The translations under genes and the position numbers were made by a program. Shown one piece after another: positions 47,164 to 57,350 of a DNA stretch of 64,000 nt. Each line of letters begins with the position of its first letter. Within the stretch, counting starts at the first letter, position 1. Below the pieces are notes generated by a model that was given only the letters and a program-made list of their open reading frames with translations, was not told where the DNA came from and made no database searches. Origin of the DNA: Gammaproteobacteria bacterium (GTDB lineage Bacteria > Pseudomonadota > Gammaproteobacteria > JAABTG01); assembly GCA_034522055.1 (NCBI GenBank), contig JAXHLS010000002.1:2497549-2561548 (forward strand), read 5' to 3'.

Positions 47164-47469
47164 ATGGACTTTGTCACCGCCCGCGAACTCAGGGCTGAGT
47201 CGGCCAAGGTATGGAAGAAGCTGGAGGCCGGAGAGGACGTCGTCGTGACCCGCAACGGCAAGCCCTTCGCCCTGCTGGTCAATACTCGCCCGGAGGAGTT
47301 GGAGGATACGCTGCGCGCCATCCGCGGCGAACGCTTCGCCGCGACTGTGCGGAAGATGCGGCGGCAAGCGATGGCGCAGGGGCTGGACGGGATGACCATG
47401 GAGGAGATCGATGCCGAGATCACGCAGGCACGCAGGGAATGGCGGGACCGTGATGCGGGTGGTGATTGA
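47164..47469 (+). CDS. type II antitoxin, Phd/YefM family
   Basis: 101 aa; MDFVTARELRAESAKVWKKLEAGEDVVVTRNGKPFALLV; overlaps the downstream PIN gene. Confidence 0.7.
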   Translation: MDFVTARELRAESAKVWKKLEAGEDVVVTRNGKPFALLVNTRPEELEDTLRAIRGERFAATVRKMRRQAMAQGLDGMTMEEIDAEITQARREWRDRDAGGD

Positions 47470-47866
47470 CACCAATGTTCTTGTCGCCGCGCTCATCAGC
47501 CCGACGGGTAAACCGGCGCGAATAGTGGATAAGATCAGGGCTCAGGCCATCCAGCCCGTGGTCGGCCGGGCCATTCTGGAGGAGTACCGGCTCGTCCTGG
47601 CACGCCCCCGCTTCGGCTTTGATACTGCTGCCGTCGACGAACTTCTCGATGACATGGCCGCGCTCTCCCTCGCCATGCCGCCGGCGCCGGTGGATGCCGC
47701 GGGGCTTCCGGACGCGGATGATGCGCCCTTCATTGGCGTGGCCGTGGCCGCCGGCTGCCCCGTGGTTATCGGCAACTCCCGGCACTTCCCACCTGACTGC
47801 GGCGTCGAGGTACTGAGCCCGGCGCAGTTTCTGCAGCGGATGCATTTTTGCGACTCGCCGACATGA
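47453..47866 (+). CDS. PIN-domain toxin (VapC-like)
   Basis: 137 aa; MRVVIDTNVLVAAL N-terminus (PIN acidic residue D6); 17-nt overlap with the antitoxin. Confidence 0.7.
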   Translation: MRVVIDTNVLVAALISPTGKPARIVDKIRAQAIQPVVGRAILEEYRLVLARPRFGFDTAAVDELLDDMAALSLAMPPAPVDAAGLPDADDAPFIGVAVAAGCPVVIGNSRHFPPDCGVEVLSPAQFLQRMHFCDSPT

Positions 47867-48129
47867 GACTCGGGTACTTGCTTACAACGACGAGGCCCTC
47901 ATGAAGCACGGGATCATCCGCATCGTTCATCGGCTGGAAGAAACCGCTGATTTCTTGGCGTTCTTGGCGAGAGCAAAATTCTTATCTACTACACCCACGA
48001 ATTCTGCGGACGGGCCAGATTCCCAGGGAATATCCGGAATAGGGTAATCTGGGAATCATGACCGACGAAGAAAGCCACTCACAGGGTCGCGCCTATACTT
48101 GCGATCGGCGTTCCCTGGCGGGATAAGCG

Positions 48130-48786
48130 ATGGACAGCAGACAATGCTTTCCGCAACTCTTCGCCAGCCGCGACCCGCATATCCAGACCCTGCTCGGCGA
48201 GGCGCAGGAAGTCACCTTGCCCGCCGATCAGCTTGTTTTTCACCGCGGCGCGCCCTGCGAGCGCTATGTGCTGGTCGCCGCCGGCCGTATCAAGGTGGTA
48301 CTCGTCGCGCCGAACGGGCGCGAAATCGTGCTTTATCATGTCGGCCCCGGCGACTCCTGCGTGCTGACCACCGTCGGCCTGCTCGGCAACGAAAACTATC
48401 CCGCTGACGGGATTACCGAATCCCCCGTCACCGCGCTGCTGATCGGTCGCAATGGCTTCGCAACCGCGCTGGGAGAATCGCAGCACTTCCGTAATTTCGT
48501 GTTCGGCAATATGGGCCGGCGGCTGGCGGATGTCATCGCCCGCATGGAGCAGATCAACTTCAGCGATATCAACTCCCGCCTCGCCGCGATTCTGCTCGCC
48601 CAGGCCGATGACAACGGCCGGCTTAGTATCACGCACCAGCAACTTGCGCTGGAAATCGGTTCGGCACGCGAAGTTGTGTCAAGGCATCTGAAAAGTTTTG
48701 AATCGCGCGGTTGGATACGCCTGGAACGCGGCCGGCTGGAAATCCGCGACCGGCGACAATTGCAATCACTGATCAAGTCTGTGTGA
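48130..48786 (+). CDS. Crp/Fnr-family transcriptional regulator
   Basis: 218 aa; N-terminal cNMP-binding-like beta-roll; C-terminal HTH (SREVVSRHLKSFESRGWI). Confidence 0.8.
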   Translation: MDSRQCFPQLFASRDPHIQTLLGEAQEVTLPADQLVFHRGAPCERYVLVAAGRIKVVLVAPNGREIVLYHVGPGDSCVLTTVGLLGNENYPADGITESPVTALLIGRNGFATALGESQHFRNFVFGNMGRRLADVIARMEQINFSDINSRLAAILLAQADDNGRLSITHQQLALEIGSAREVVSRHLKSFESRGWIRLERGRLEIRDRRQLQSLIKSV

Positions 48787-48856
48787 TCAAGTCACTGACT
48801 CTGTCGGAACTTGCGTGGAAACTGGCACTCGAAATAACACAACCGGAGTCAATCTC

Positions 48857-49045
48857 ATGCAACAGAACGTTGGAAATTCAGAACGCATCATACGCGCCGT
48901 TGTGGGTATTGTGCTGATCGCACTGGTGTTCGTTGGTCCCCAAACTCCCTGGGGCTGGATCGGCATCGTGCCACTGCTGACGGCCATCGTCGGCTGGTGC
49001 CCGCCTTACGCGATTTTCGGCATCAATACCTGCAAGGCGAAATAA
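48857..49045 (+). CDS. DUF2892 (YgaP-like) small membrane protein
   Basis: 62 aa from MQQNVGNSERIIRAVVGIVLIALVF; conserved CPxY-like GWCPPYAIFG motif. Confidence 0.6.
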   Translation: MQQNVGNSERIIRAVVGIVLIALVFVGPQTPWGWIGIVPLLTAIVGWCPPYAIFGINTCKAK

Positions 49046-49129
49046 GCGTCGCGCCGGGCGCCATTCTGCCATTGCGCCCGGCGTTCCCGCCTGTATTATA
49101 GATACACCACCACCGCCTGTTCCTTCGGC

Positions 49130-49330
49130 ACGAATGGACGTCGGGATTCATCCCGACATTAAACCCCGCGGGGCACACGACGGGCCGGGCCGGAATCACC
49201 CGCCAGCGTTGGGTGTCGGACTGAAGTCCGACCTACAGCCCGACCTACACAATCCCCCCTACCGCCCATTCCTTTGGCACGAATGTAGGTCGGGATTTAT
49301 CCCGACAATCAAACTGCTGCGACCGGCTTG
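49130..49330. repeat. REP-like palindromic element cluster
   Basis: gtcgggattcatcccgacat, gtcggactgaagtccgacctacagcccgacctacac and gtaggtcgggatttatcccgacaatc. Confidence 0.75.
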
Positions 49331-49525
49331 GCCCAGTCAGGCATATTCCTGTCCAGCGTCCGTATTCCGCCGTTGATCACGTGCAGCAGGCGCCGGATGT
49401 CGGGGCGCTGCTGCTGACAGGCACGCCGGCCGCTATGGCGTCGAGCAGCGTGTCAGTCATGGTGCTGCCGCCAAGGGTGGTTTCGAAGGCGAAAGCGGTA
49501 TCGTCGCGAATGGCTGCCCGCAGTC

Positions 49526-49708
49526 TGCGCCGCGGCTGGCATCGAGGATCTGCATTTCCGCGATCTGAGGCACGAGGCCACCAGCAGATTAGCCGAGTGG
49601 CTCCCGAACGTTATCGACTTAGCCGCGGTCACCGGCCAGCGGGATCTCCGAATGTTGGCCAGGTACTACCACCGGCGAGCGGGGGACTTGGCGCAGAAGC
49701 TCGGATAA
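49526..49708 (+). pseudogene. tyrosine recombinase (phage integrase) C-terminal remnant
   Basis: Frame translation gives ...AAAGIEDLHFRDLRHEATSRLAEWLPNVIDLAAVTGQRDLRMLARYYHRRAGDLAQKLG*, i.e. the HxxRH and LGH...Y catalytic-tyrosine motifs with no N-terminal body. Confidence 0.65.
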
Positions 49709-49791
49709 TGGACGTATCGACATTGTTGCTACACTCTGGGCGTTCATTTATTCTTCGGGTAGAGCGACGACTTGAGATGAGGTCTGCCGAG

Positions 49792-50040
49792 ATGAAAGTG
49801 ACAATAAAGAAGTGGGGAAACAGTGCCTCGATCCGTATTCCCGTGGCCATTATGCAGGCGGCCAAGCTACGTGTAGACGCAACGGTTGACGTTCGAGAAG
49901 AAGATGGTCGTGTTGTCATTGAGCCCGTTCCCGAGCCCGAGAAAGATTTCGATCTCGATGTGCTCATTTCGGGGATCACTTCAGACAATCTTCATGCCGA
50001 AATCGACTTTGGTCCCCCGGCCGGGAAGGAAACGTTGTAA
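49792..50040 (+). CDS. mazE: MazE/PemI-family antitoxin
   Basis: 82 aa; MKVTIKKWGNSASIRIPVAIMQAAKLRVDATVDV (SpoVT/AbrB swapped hairpin); TAATG overlap with the toxin gene. Confidence 0.75.
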   Translation: MKVTIKKWGNSASIRIPVAIMQAAKLRVDATVDVREEDGRVVIEPVPEPEKDFDLDVLISGITSDNLHAEIDFGPPAGKETL

Positions 50041-50393
50041 TGGCCAGGCCAAGGAAGGCGTATATCCCCGACACCGGCGATATTGTATGGCTCCATCTCG
50101 ATCCGAGAGTCGGGCATGAACAAGCCGGCCGGCGTCCTGTAGTGGTTTTATCTCCGGCGTCCTACAATGGAAAAACAAGCCTGATGCTCTGTTGCCCGAT
50201 GACAACGCAAATCAAAGGCTATCCATTCGAGGTCGAGATATCCGCCAGCAGACAAGGGGTAGCGCTCGCGGACCAAATAAAAAGCCTTGACTGGAGAGCG
50301 AGAAAAGCGACCAAGAAAGGGAACGTCACCTCAGAGGAGCTTTTTAAGATTCGACGTAAGACCCTGGCGCTGATTGGTTCCACGATTGCTTAA
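50040..50393 (+). CDS. mazF: MazF/PemK-family endoribonuclease toxin
   Basis: 117 aa; YIPDTGDIVWLHLDPRVGHEQAGRRPVVVLS ... CPMTTQIKGYPFEV. Confidence 0.8.
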   Translation: MARPRKAYIPDTGDIVWLHLDPRVGHEQAGRRPVVVLSPASYNGKTSLMLCCPMTTQIKGYPFEVEISASRQGVALADQIKSLDWRARKATKKGNVTSEELFKIRRKTLALIGSTIA

Positions 50394-50548
50394 GGGGCGG
50401 CTTCCACCGCCCCCTATCCAATCAATCCTCCGACTGGAGCCAGTTCGCTGCATCGGCCCTGGCCCATGAGAGCATCGGGTAATCGGCCAGCCGGTACTCC
50501 ATCCGGTAGCCCTGCTCGGCCGACTCGACAGACCAGTAATGCTGACCC

Positions 50549-51311
50549 TTGAAAAATCTTTGGCTATATCCGGATCTCGCAAAGCCCCGATTGCTCGTAT
50601 TGCCTGACCTGGTGGGTCTCATGAACGTTTTCACAGTGTCCAAAACCGTGCCGGGATTTGCTCAGGCAAATCAAGGTTCCCGACAGCCAGATAAATCATG
50701 TCGGAGAATGCATCGAGATGGCGGTGTAGATGGCTGTAAAAACCCGCATATCTGGCGAAGGATTGATTGCCAGGCCAATCAGTCGCTGAGCCGGCAGGCG
50801 GGCGGCGGCAAGCAACCGGTGACAAGAGTGCCGGAATCGGGTGGATGAAGAGGGGCCGTTGAGACAGGTGCGATACCGGGTGTAATTGACTTGGCCGTCG
50901 AGCCCGGTATCGCACTCCGGGCCGTGCAGAGCATGAGCCCGCACACTATTTCTCGTTTTCCCCTGACAATCAAGTGCGCATTCCACGCCATTCGCAGATC
51001 AAGTCCTCATCTCTCTTCATCGGGGCAAAAGTAAGCCCGCAGACTGGCTGCCACCGGCATCCGACGGTTTCGCCCCACAGGCGCCGAGCACGCGCAGCTG
51101 CCACCGTCCATCTCGCCGTGGGGAGGCTCGGCCCGTAGGTCGGCTGCTCTTGGCAGCCTACGGATAAGAAAGCTCGCGCCATGACTGCCTGCATTCATGA
51201 GTGCCCGTACTCAGGCCACGGCTGAATGCCGCCGATAACGTGGCCTGCCCGTAAGAGCCCGCTTGCGGGCGAATGGTTGCTATGGAGCCAAGGCTGAATG
51301 CCACGGATAAC
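50549..51311. repeat. duplicate of the CRISPR array-end flank plus a 2-repeat degenerate mini-array
   Basis: ~600 bp near-identical to 53130-53713, with one ~110-bp indel; ends in degenerate CRISPR repeats ggccacggctgaatgccgccgataac (to 51239) and aggctgaatgccacggataac (to 51311). Confidence 0.8.
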
Positions 51312-51553
51312 TATCGTCTTCCTGCGCCAGCGTCTCGCTCAGGCGCAAGCCCATCGAGTAGGCTGCAATGCGCCGCACGGCGCGGGCACAGGCATCGATG
51401 GTCTTGTCGCTCATGCCCTGCTTCCCTTTCGGACCGGCCTGCCTTTATATCGACAGAATAACCTAATCTCGGTACAACATAATAACCTAGTAAGCGTGCA
51501 GCAGGAAAACCTTGCAAACACGACACAGAATAACCGAGCAACGAGGAAAACAG

Positions 51554-53107
51554 ATGGCCACCCCCTCCGAGAAGCTTGCCGAATCGCTTGAGGTCCTCAA
51601 GGCTCTCCAGAAGGAGGGTGCCGTTGCGATCCGGTCGGCCGGGCTTTCCCGTGTTCATCGTGAACGCCTGCTCAAGGGCGGCTTTCTGCAGGAGGTCATG
51701 AAGGGATGGTACATACCGGCCCGCCCGGATGAACCTGCCGGGGAGAGTACCGCTTGGTATGCCTACTTCTGGGGCTTCAGTGCCGCCTATCTTCGGGAGC
51801 GCTTCGGTGGCGCCTGGTGTCTGTCGCCTGAACAGTCCCTTCTGCTCCATACGGGAAACCGGACGGTTCCCGGCCAGCTCCTCGTTCGGACCCCAAAAGG
51901 GGGCAACAAGGTAACGAAGCTGCCTCACAATACATCGGTGCTCGATGTCCGGGTCGCTATGCCCGACCCAGAGGAGATCGTTGAACTCGACGGTCTACGG
52001 CTCTACGCAGTTTCGGCGGCACTGGTGTCCAGTACGCCCGGTTTTTACCGCCGGCATGCGACCGAAGCGCGCGCCGCCCTTGCCATGGTCGACGATGCCT
52101 CTGATCTTCTCCGTCCGCTGCTTGATGGCGGACACAGCACGATAGCCGGTCGTCTCGCCGGTGCCCTGCGAAACATCGGACGCGACCGTATGGCCGAGGA
52201 GATCGTCAAGACCATGCAGGCTGCCGGTTATACCATCCGTGTGGACGATCCTTTTGAAGCGGCAGCGACCACGCTGCCGGCTCCACGCGAGGTCTCGCCC
52301 TGTGTGAACCGCTTGCGCCTCATGTGGGAAACCATGCGGGTAGCGGTTATTGAGCGCTTTCCTGTGGCCCCGGGTCTGCCGGGAAGGCCAGGAGATTATC
52401 TAAAGGACGTGGAAGAAATCTATGTCACCGATGCTTACCACTCCCTGTCAATCGAGGGATACCGGGTCAGTGCCGAGCTGATCGAGCGCGTACGCAGCGG
52501 CAACTGGAACCCTGACGGGTATGCCGGTGATCGCGCGCACCTTGATGCCCTCGCCGCGCGCGGCTACTGGCAGGCTTATCGTGCCGTGCATGACAGTGTG
52601 GAGAGCGTGCTGGAGGGCAAGAACGCAGGGACTGTCGCCGACCAGGATCACGGCACGTGGTATCGAGATATGTTTGCGCCGAGTGTCACCGCCGCTCTGG
52701 TTCGCCCAGCCGACCTCGCCGGATACCGCAACGAACAGGTCTATATACGGCGTTCAAGGCACGTGCCGCCCCGGCGTGAAGCCGTCCGCGAAATGATGCC
52801 CGATTTTTTCGAGTTGCTGGCCGGAGAAGCAGAGCCCGCCGTTCGGGTCGTTCTTGGCCACTTCGTGTTCGTCTACATCCATCCCTATTTGGACGGCAAT
52901 GGGCGTATGGGAAGGTTTTTGATGAATGTCATGCTTGCCTCGGGCGGCTATCCATGGACCGTCATTCCCCTTGAGCGACGCGATGTCTACATGGCGGCGC
53001 TTGAAGAAGCGAGCGTGAGGCAAGACATTCGGCCGTTCGCGGAGTTTCTGGCCGGTTTGGTCGAGACAAGACTTCAGGGCCAGGCCACAGCGAAACGGCC
53101 ACGATAG
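51554..53107 (+). CDS. Fic/Doc-family protein
   Basis: 517 aa from MATPSEKLAE (GAGGAAA RBS); canonical Fic motif HPYLDGNGRMGRFL near the C-terminus; long N-terminal extension. Confidence 0.8.
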   Translation: MATPSEKLAESLEVLKALQKEGAVAIRSAGLSRVHRERLLKGGFLQEVMKGWYIPARPDEPAGESTAWYAYFWGFSAAYLRERFGGAWCLSPEQSLLLHTGNRTVPGQLLVRTPKGGNKVTKLPHNTSVLDVRVAMPDPEEIVELDGLRLYAVSAALVSSTPGFYRRHATEARAALAMVDDASDLLRPLLDGGHSTIAGRLAGALRNIGRDRMAEEIVKTMQAAGYTIRVDDPFEAAATTLPAPREVSPCVNRLRLMWETMRVAVIERFPVAPGLPGRPGDYLKDVEEIYVTDAYHSLSIEGYRVSAELIERVRSGNWNPDGYAGDRAHLDALAARGYWQAYRAVHDSVESVLEGKNAGTVADQDHGTWYRDMFAPSVTAALVRPADLAGYRNEQVYIRRSRHVPPRREAVREMMPDFFELLAGEAEPAVRVVLGHFVFVYIHPYLDGNGRMGRFLMNVMLASGGYPWTVIPLERRDVYMAALEEASVRQDIRPFAEFLAGLVETRLQGQATAKRPR

Positions 53108-53677
53108 GCAAAGTGGTTCTCAAGCCCGCAAATATTCCGGCTATATCCGGATCTCGCCGCGCCCCGATGGCTCGTATTGCCAGGCCAATCAGTCGCTGTA
53201 GCTGGCTGTAAAAACCCGCGCATATCTGGCGAAGGATTGATTGCCAGGCCAACCAGTCGCTGAGCCGGCTGGCGGGCGGCCGCGAGCAACCGGTGACAAG
53301 AGTGCCGGAATCGGGTAGATGAAGAGGGGCCGTTGAGACAGGTGCGATACCGGGTGTAATTGACTTGGCCGTCGACCCCGGTATCGCACCCCGGGCCGTG
53401 CAGAGCACGTGCCCGCACACTATTTCTCGTTTTCCCCTGACAATCAAGTGCGCATTCCACGCCATTCGCAGATCAAGTCCTCATCTCTCTTCATCGGGGC
53501 AAAAGTAAGCCCGCAGACTGGCTGCCACCGGCATCCGACGGTTTCGCCCCACAGGCGCCGAGCACGCGCAGCTGCCACCGTCCATCTCGCCGTGGGGAGG
53601 CCCGGCCCGTAGGTCGGCGGCTCTTGGCAGCCTACGGATAAGAAAGCTCGCGCCATGACTGCCTGCATTCATGAGTG

Positions 53678-56600
53678 CCCGTACTCAGGCCACGGCTGAA
53701 TGCCGCGGATAACGGGCTGGTGGATGAGGGATACCGCCCCGGCCGCAAACAGCTTCAGTGAGGCCGCGGCTGAAAGCCGCGGATAACCAAGACCAAGCCC
53801 GCGGGCAAGCTGGCGGATGTGGTGCTTCAATGAGGCCGCGGCTGAAAGCCGCGGATAACTGGAAACGAATGGGCCGGGGGGCACGGAGCCGCACCCGCTT
53901 CAATGAGGCCGTGTTGTTTCGCGGCTGAAAGCCGCGGATAACGGTGTTGGCCTCGCCGGCGGCGTAGGCGGGGCCCATGCTTCAATGAGGCCGCGGCTGA
54001 AAGCCGCGGATAACCCAGCTTGTGGGTGAAGGCCTACCGCAGCAAGAACCAGCTTCAATTAGGCCGCGGCTGAAAGCCGCGGATAACGCCGGGGCGCAGG
54101 TGGGGCGGGACGTCGGCGGCATCGCTTCAATGAGGCCGCGGCTGAAAGCCGCGGATAACCACTCAGGACCTTGCGCAGATTGCAAGTTTTCCGCGGCTTC
54201 AATGAGGCCGCGGCTGAATGCCGCGGATAACAGGGCGTGGCCTACGACCAGGTGAAGTGGATCGAGGTGGCTTCAATGAGGCCGCGGCTGAATGCCGCGG
54301 ATAACCCGAGAATGGTGTTTGCGCTCGCACGGTCTGTTGCCGCTTCAATGAGGCCGCGGCTGAATGCCGCGGATAACCCGGCATGTCCACCGGAACGACA
54401 CCAGTAATGGCCAGGCTTCAATGAGGCCGCGGCTGAATGCCGCGGATAACGCGTATATTCGGCGTCTGCTCGCTCCTCCAGATACGGCTTCAATGAGGCC
54501 GCGGCTGAATGCCGCGGATAACGGCCGAGGCCGCGTATCTGGGCCTGCAATCCATCGCGGCTTCAATGAGGCCGCGGCTGAATGCCGCGGATAACCCAGC
54601 ACACAACCCATGCCAGGACGGCTACAGCGGGCTTCAATGAGGCCGCGGCTGAATGCCGCGGATAACGAGGCCTGGGCGTACTGGCTCAAGGTCAAGGCAA
54701 CGCTTCAATGAGGCCGCGGCTGAATGCCGCGGATAACTCGGCATCGTCGCAATCAGCGGCGTGTTTGAGTTCCCGCTTCAATGAGGCCGCGGCTGAATGC
54801 CGCGGATAACGCGCCGGAAGGGTACAGTTCCACCGCCGCGCAAAATGCTTCAATGAGGCCGCGGCTGAATGCCGCGGATAACCTGGCCGCGGGCGAGGAG
54901 GTGGGCGTCATCGACAGGCTTCAATGAGGCCGCGGCTGAATGCCGCGGATAACAAGCGGGCCGAGGGTCTGAGCCGCAGCCTGCAAATCGCTTCAATGAG
55001 GCCGCGGCTGAATGCCGCGGATAACGGTCTACCTCCCGCACACCGAGGGCCTGAATACCAAGCTTCAATGAGGCCGCGGCTGAATGCCGCGGATAACCTT
55101 CGGCGTGAGGCTGGAACCACTTCCTGTCATTCGGCTTCAATGAGGCCGCGGCTGAATGCCGCGGATAACGCCAGACAAATGAGGCCACCTACAGGAGACA
55201 CCATGCTTCAATGAGGCCGCGGCTGAATGCCGCGGATAACAGCGAGGAGGCCCTGAGGACCACTGTGACGCAAGATGCTTCAATGAGGCCGCGGCTGAAT
55301 GCCGCGGATAACGCAGACCCTGGAAGCGGCACCAGTGGACACAGGCGGCTTCAATGAGGCCGCGGCTGAATGCCGCGGATAACGCACGGGCACGGGTGGT
55401 CAGGGGTCGCACGGGCTTAGCTTCAATGAGGCCGCGGCTGAATGCCGCGGATAACGCACGGGCACGGGTGGTCAGGGGTCGCACGGGCTTAGCTTCAATG
55501 AGGCCGCGGCTGAATGCCGCGGATAACTGCGAGGCGAGATTCGCCAGGGCGGAGCAGGTGACGCTTCAATGAGGCCGCGGCTGAATGCCGCGGATAACCG
55601 GTAACGGCGTGACCGTGCTCGACGTGGACATTGCGGCTTCAATGAGGCCGCGGCTGAATGCCGCGGATAACCAGAGCATGGACAGCAACATGCCGGACCT
55701 GTAGCGCTTGCTTCAATGAGGCCGCGGCTGAATGCCGCGGATAACGTACTTGGTGTTCCCGTAGGCTACGTGGCGGTCCTTGCTTCAATGAGGCCGCGGC
55801 TGAATGCCGCGGATAACTCCACCTGCCCGACGACGTGGACGAGGACTACTGCGCTTCAATGAGGCCGCGGCTGAATGCCGCGGATAACGATGCCTGTAAG
55901 GGATATGACGGCGGTCTTTACAGAGCTTCAATGAGGCCGCGGCTGAATGCCGCGGATAACGGTGCCAGGTGTTCCCGTCCGCCGGGTCGCCGCCGAGCTT
56001 CAATGAGGCCGCGGCTGAATGCCGCGGATAACATCGGGTAGTAGGTTCTCCTCTTGAAGATTTTTCATGCTTCAATGAGGCCGCGGCTGAATGCCGCGGA
56101 TAACCACGTGGTGGCCCTGGCTCCCAACTCACCTACACTAGGCTTCAATGAGGCCGCGGCTGAATGCCGCGGATAACCCAGGGTATGCAGACGGCGCTTG
56201 AGGTCTCGCCGCAGCTTCAATGAGGCCGCGGCTGAATGCCGCGGATAACATGGAAGAACGGGCCTTCAGGGCGACAGACTACGCAGGCTTCAATGAGGCC
56301 GCGGCTGAATGCCGCGGATAACTGGTCTGCCACACCACCACGGGCGTCACCAGGTACACGCTTCAATGAGGCCGCGGCTGAATGCCGCGGATAACGTACT
56401 TGTCGAATAGCCAGGCCTGCTTGGCCTCGGTGCTTCAATGAGGCCGCGGCTGAATGCCGCGGATAACATCGCCGACAGCAACAAACTCCGCCGGATCGCC
56501 ATCGCTTCAATGAGGCCGCGGCTGAATGCCGCGGATAACTTGCGGCATCCCGCCGCGAATCACCCCCGGAGGTTGCCGCTTCAATGAGGCCGCGGCTGAA

Positions 56601-56828
56601 TGCCGCGGATAACCCTGTACGACAGAGATGGGCCACGCGTTGACGGTATGCTTCAATGAGGCCGCGGCTGAATGCCGCGGATAACTACGAACCGCCGAAG
56701 ATCTTGCTGACCCTCCTTAAGCTTCAATGAGGCCGCGGCTGAATGCCGCGGATAACGCCGCAATACTTGCTTCGCGGGAGGAGACATAAGATGCTTCAAT
56801 GAGGCCGCGGCTGAATGCCGCGGATAAC
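53678..56828 (-). CRISPR. CRISPR array, 44 repeats of 36 bp (plus strand GCTTCAATGAGGCCGCGGCTGAATGCCGCGGATAAC), ~35-37 bp spacers
   Basis: Minus-strand repeat GTTATCCGCGGCATTCAGCCGCGGCCTCATTGAAGC has a 7-bp stem and ends in an ATTGAAGC 5'-handle-like 8-mer; the AT-rich leader and cas2 are at the 56.8-kb end; the first ~7 repeats at the 53.7-kb end are degenerate (AAAGCC for AATGCC, and one 46-bp repeat with an insertion). Confidence 0.95.
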
Positions 56829-57053
56829 CGCCCCTCCCCGAACCAAGGGCCGGCGGGGCCTGCCGGCGGGTCTTGCGAGCGGTGCGGGTTTCTGGCCAAT
56901 GGTCATCATGCCATTCTCATGTGGGGCTGGAAATGGTTTATGTAATTGATTGTTTGTTAAAGAGCATCCGGGCTGCGAGCGGTCCCCGGGGTTTTCGGTG
57001 CCACCGGACCGCTCGCGGCACCCAGGCGGAGCCCGGCGTCGCCGGCAACCGCT
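56829..57053 (-). promoter_or_regulatory. CRISPR leader
   Basis: Between cas2 and the newest repeat; contains the AT-rich tract atggtttatgtaattgattgtttgttaaagag. Confidence 0.6.
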
Positions 57054-57344
57054 TCAGACTATGGTAGGTACTCTTTCCACCAGATTGAAGTCCTTTCCCA
57101 GGCTGGTGACCCGCGGTTCGACCTTGTCGGCCACTCCGATGTCCACCAGCAACACGTGGTCGGCGTCATGGTGGATGATCTGGTCGAGCATGGCGATGAG
57201 GTCCGCATGGCGGCGCCGGGACAGGCGACACTGGAAAACGGACAGTTGGAGCCATTCGCCGTAGCCCTTCATGGTCTTGAAGACCGCGCGCCAGCGCCGG
57301 GGATCGGCGATGTCATAGGAAACGATGTAGAGGTGTTCGTCCAT
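57054..57344 (-). CDS. cas2: CRISPR-associated endoribonuclease Cas2
   Basis: 96 aa; MDEHLYIVSYDIADPRRWRAVFKTMKGYGEWLQLSVFQCRL is a canonical Cas2 N-terminus. Confidence 0.9.
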   Translation of the reverse strand: MDEHLYIVSYDIADPRRWRAVFKTMKGYGEWLQLSVFQCRLSRRRHADLIAMLDQIIHHDADHVLLVDIGVADKVEPRVTSLGKDFNLVERVPTIV

Positions 57345-57350
57345 GGCCGG

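Noticed and set aside
50422-50643. 73-aa minus-strand ORF between mazF and the duplicated flank
   Set aside because: No recognisable family; low-complexity R/S/G-rich N-terminus; partly inside the copy-specific indel; no support beyond being an open frame
50970-51194. Identical 74-aa minus-strand ORFs in both copies of the duplicated array-flank (also 53444-53668)
   Set aside because: Presence in both copies is explained by the DNA duplication itself; no RBS and no recognisable features; possibly array-flank debris
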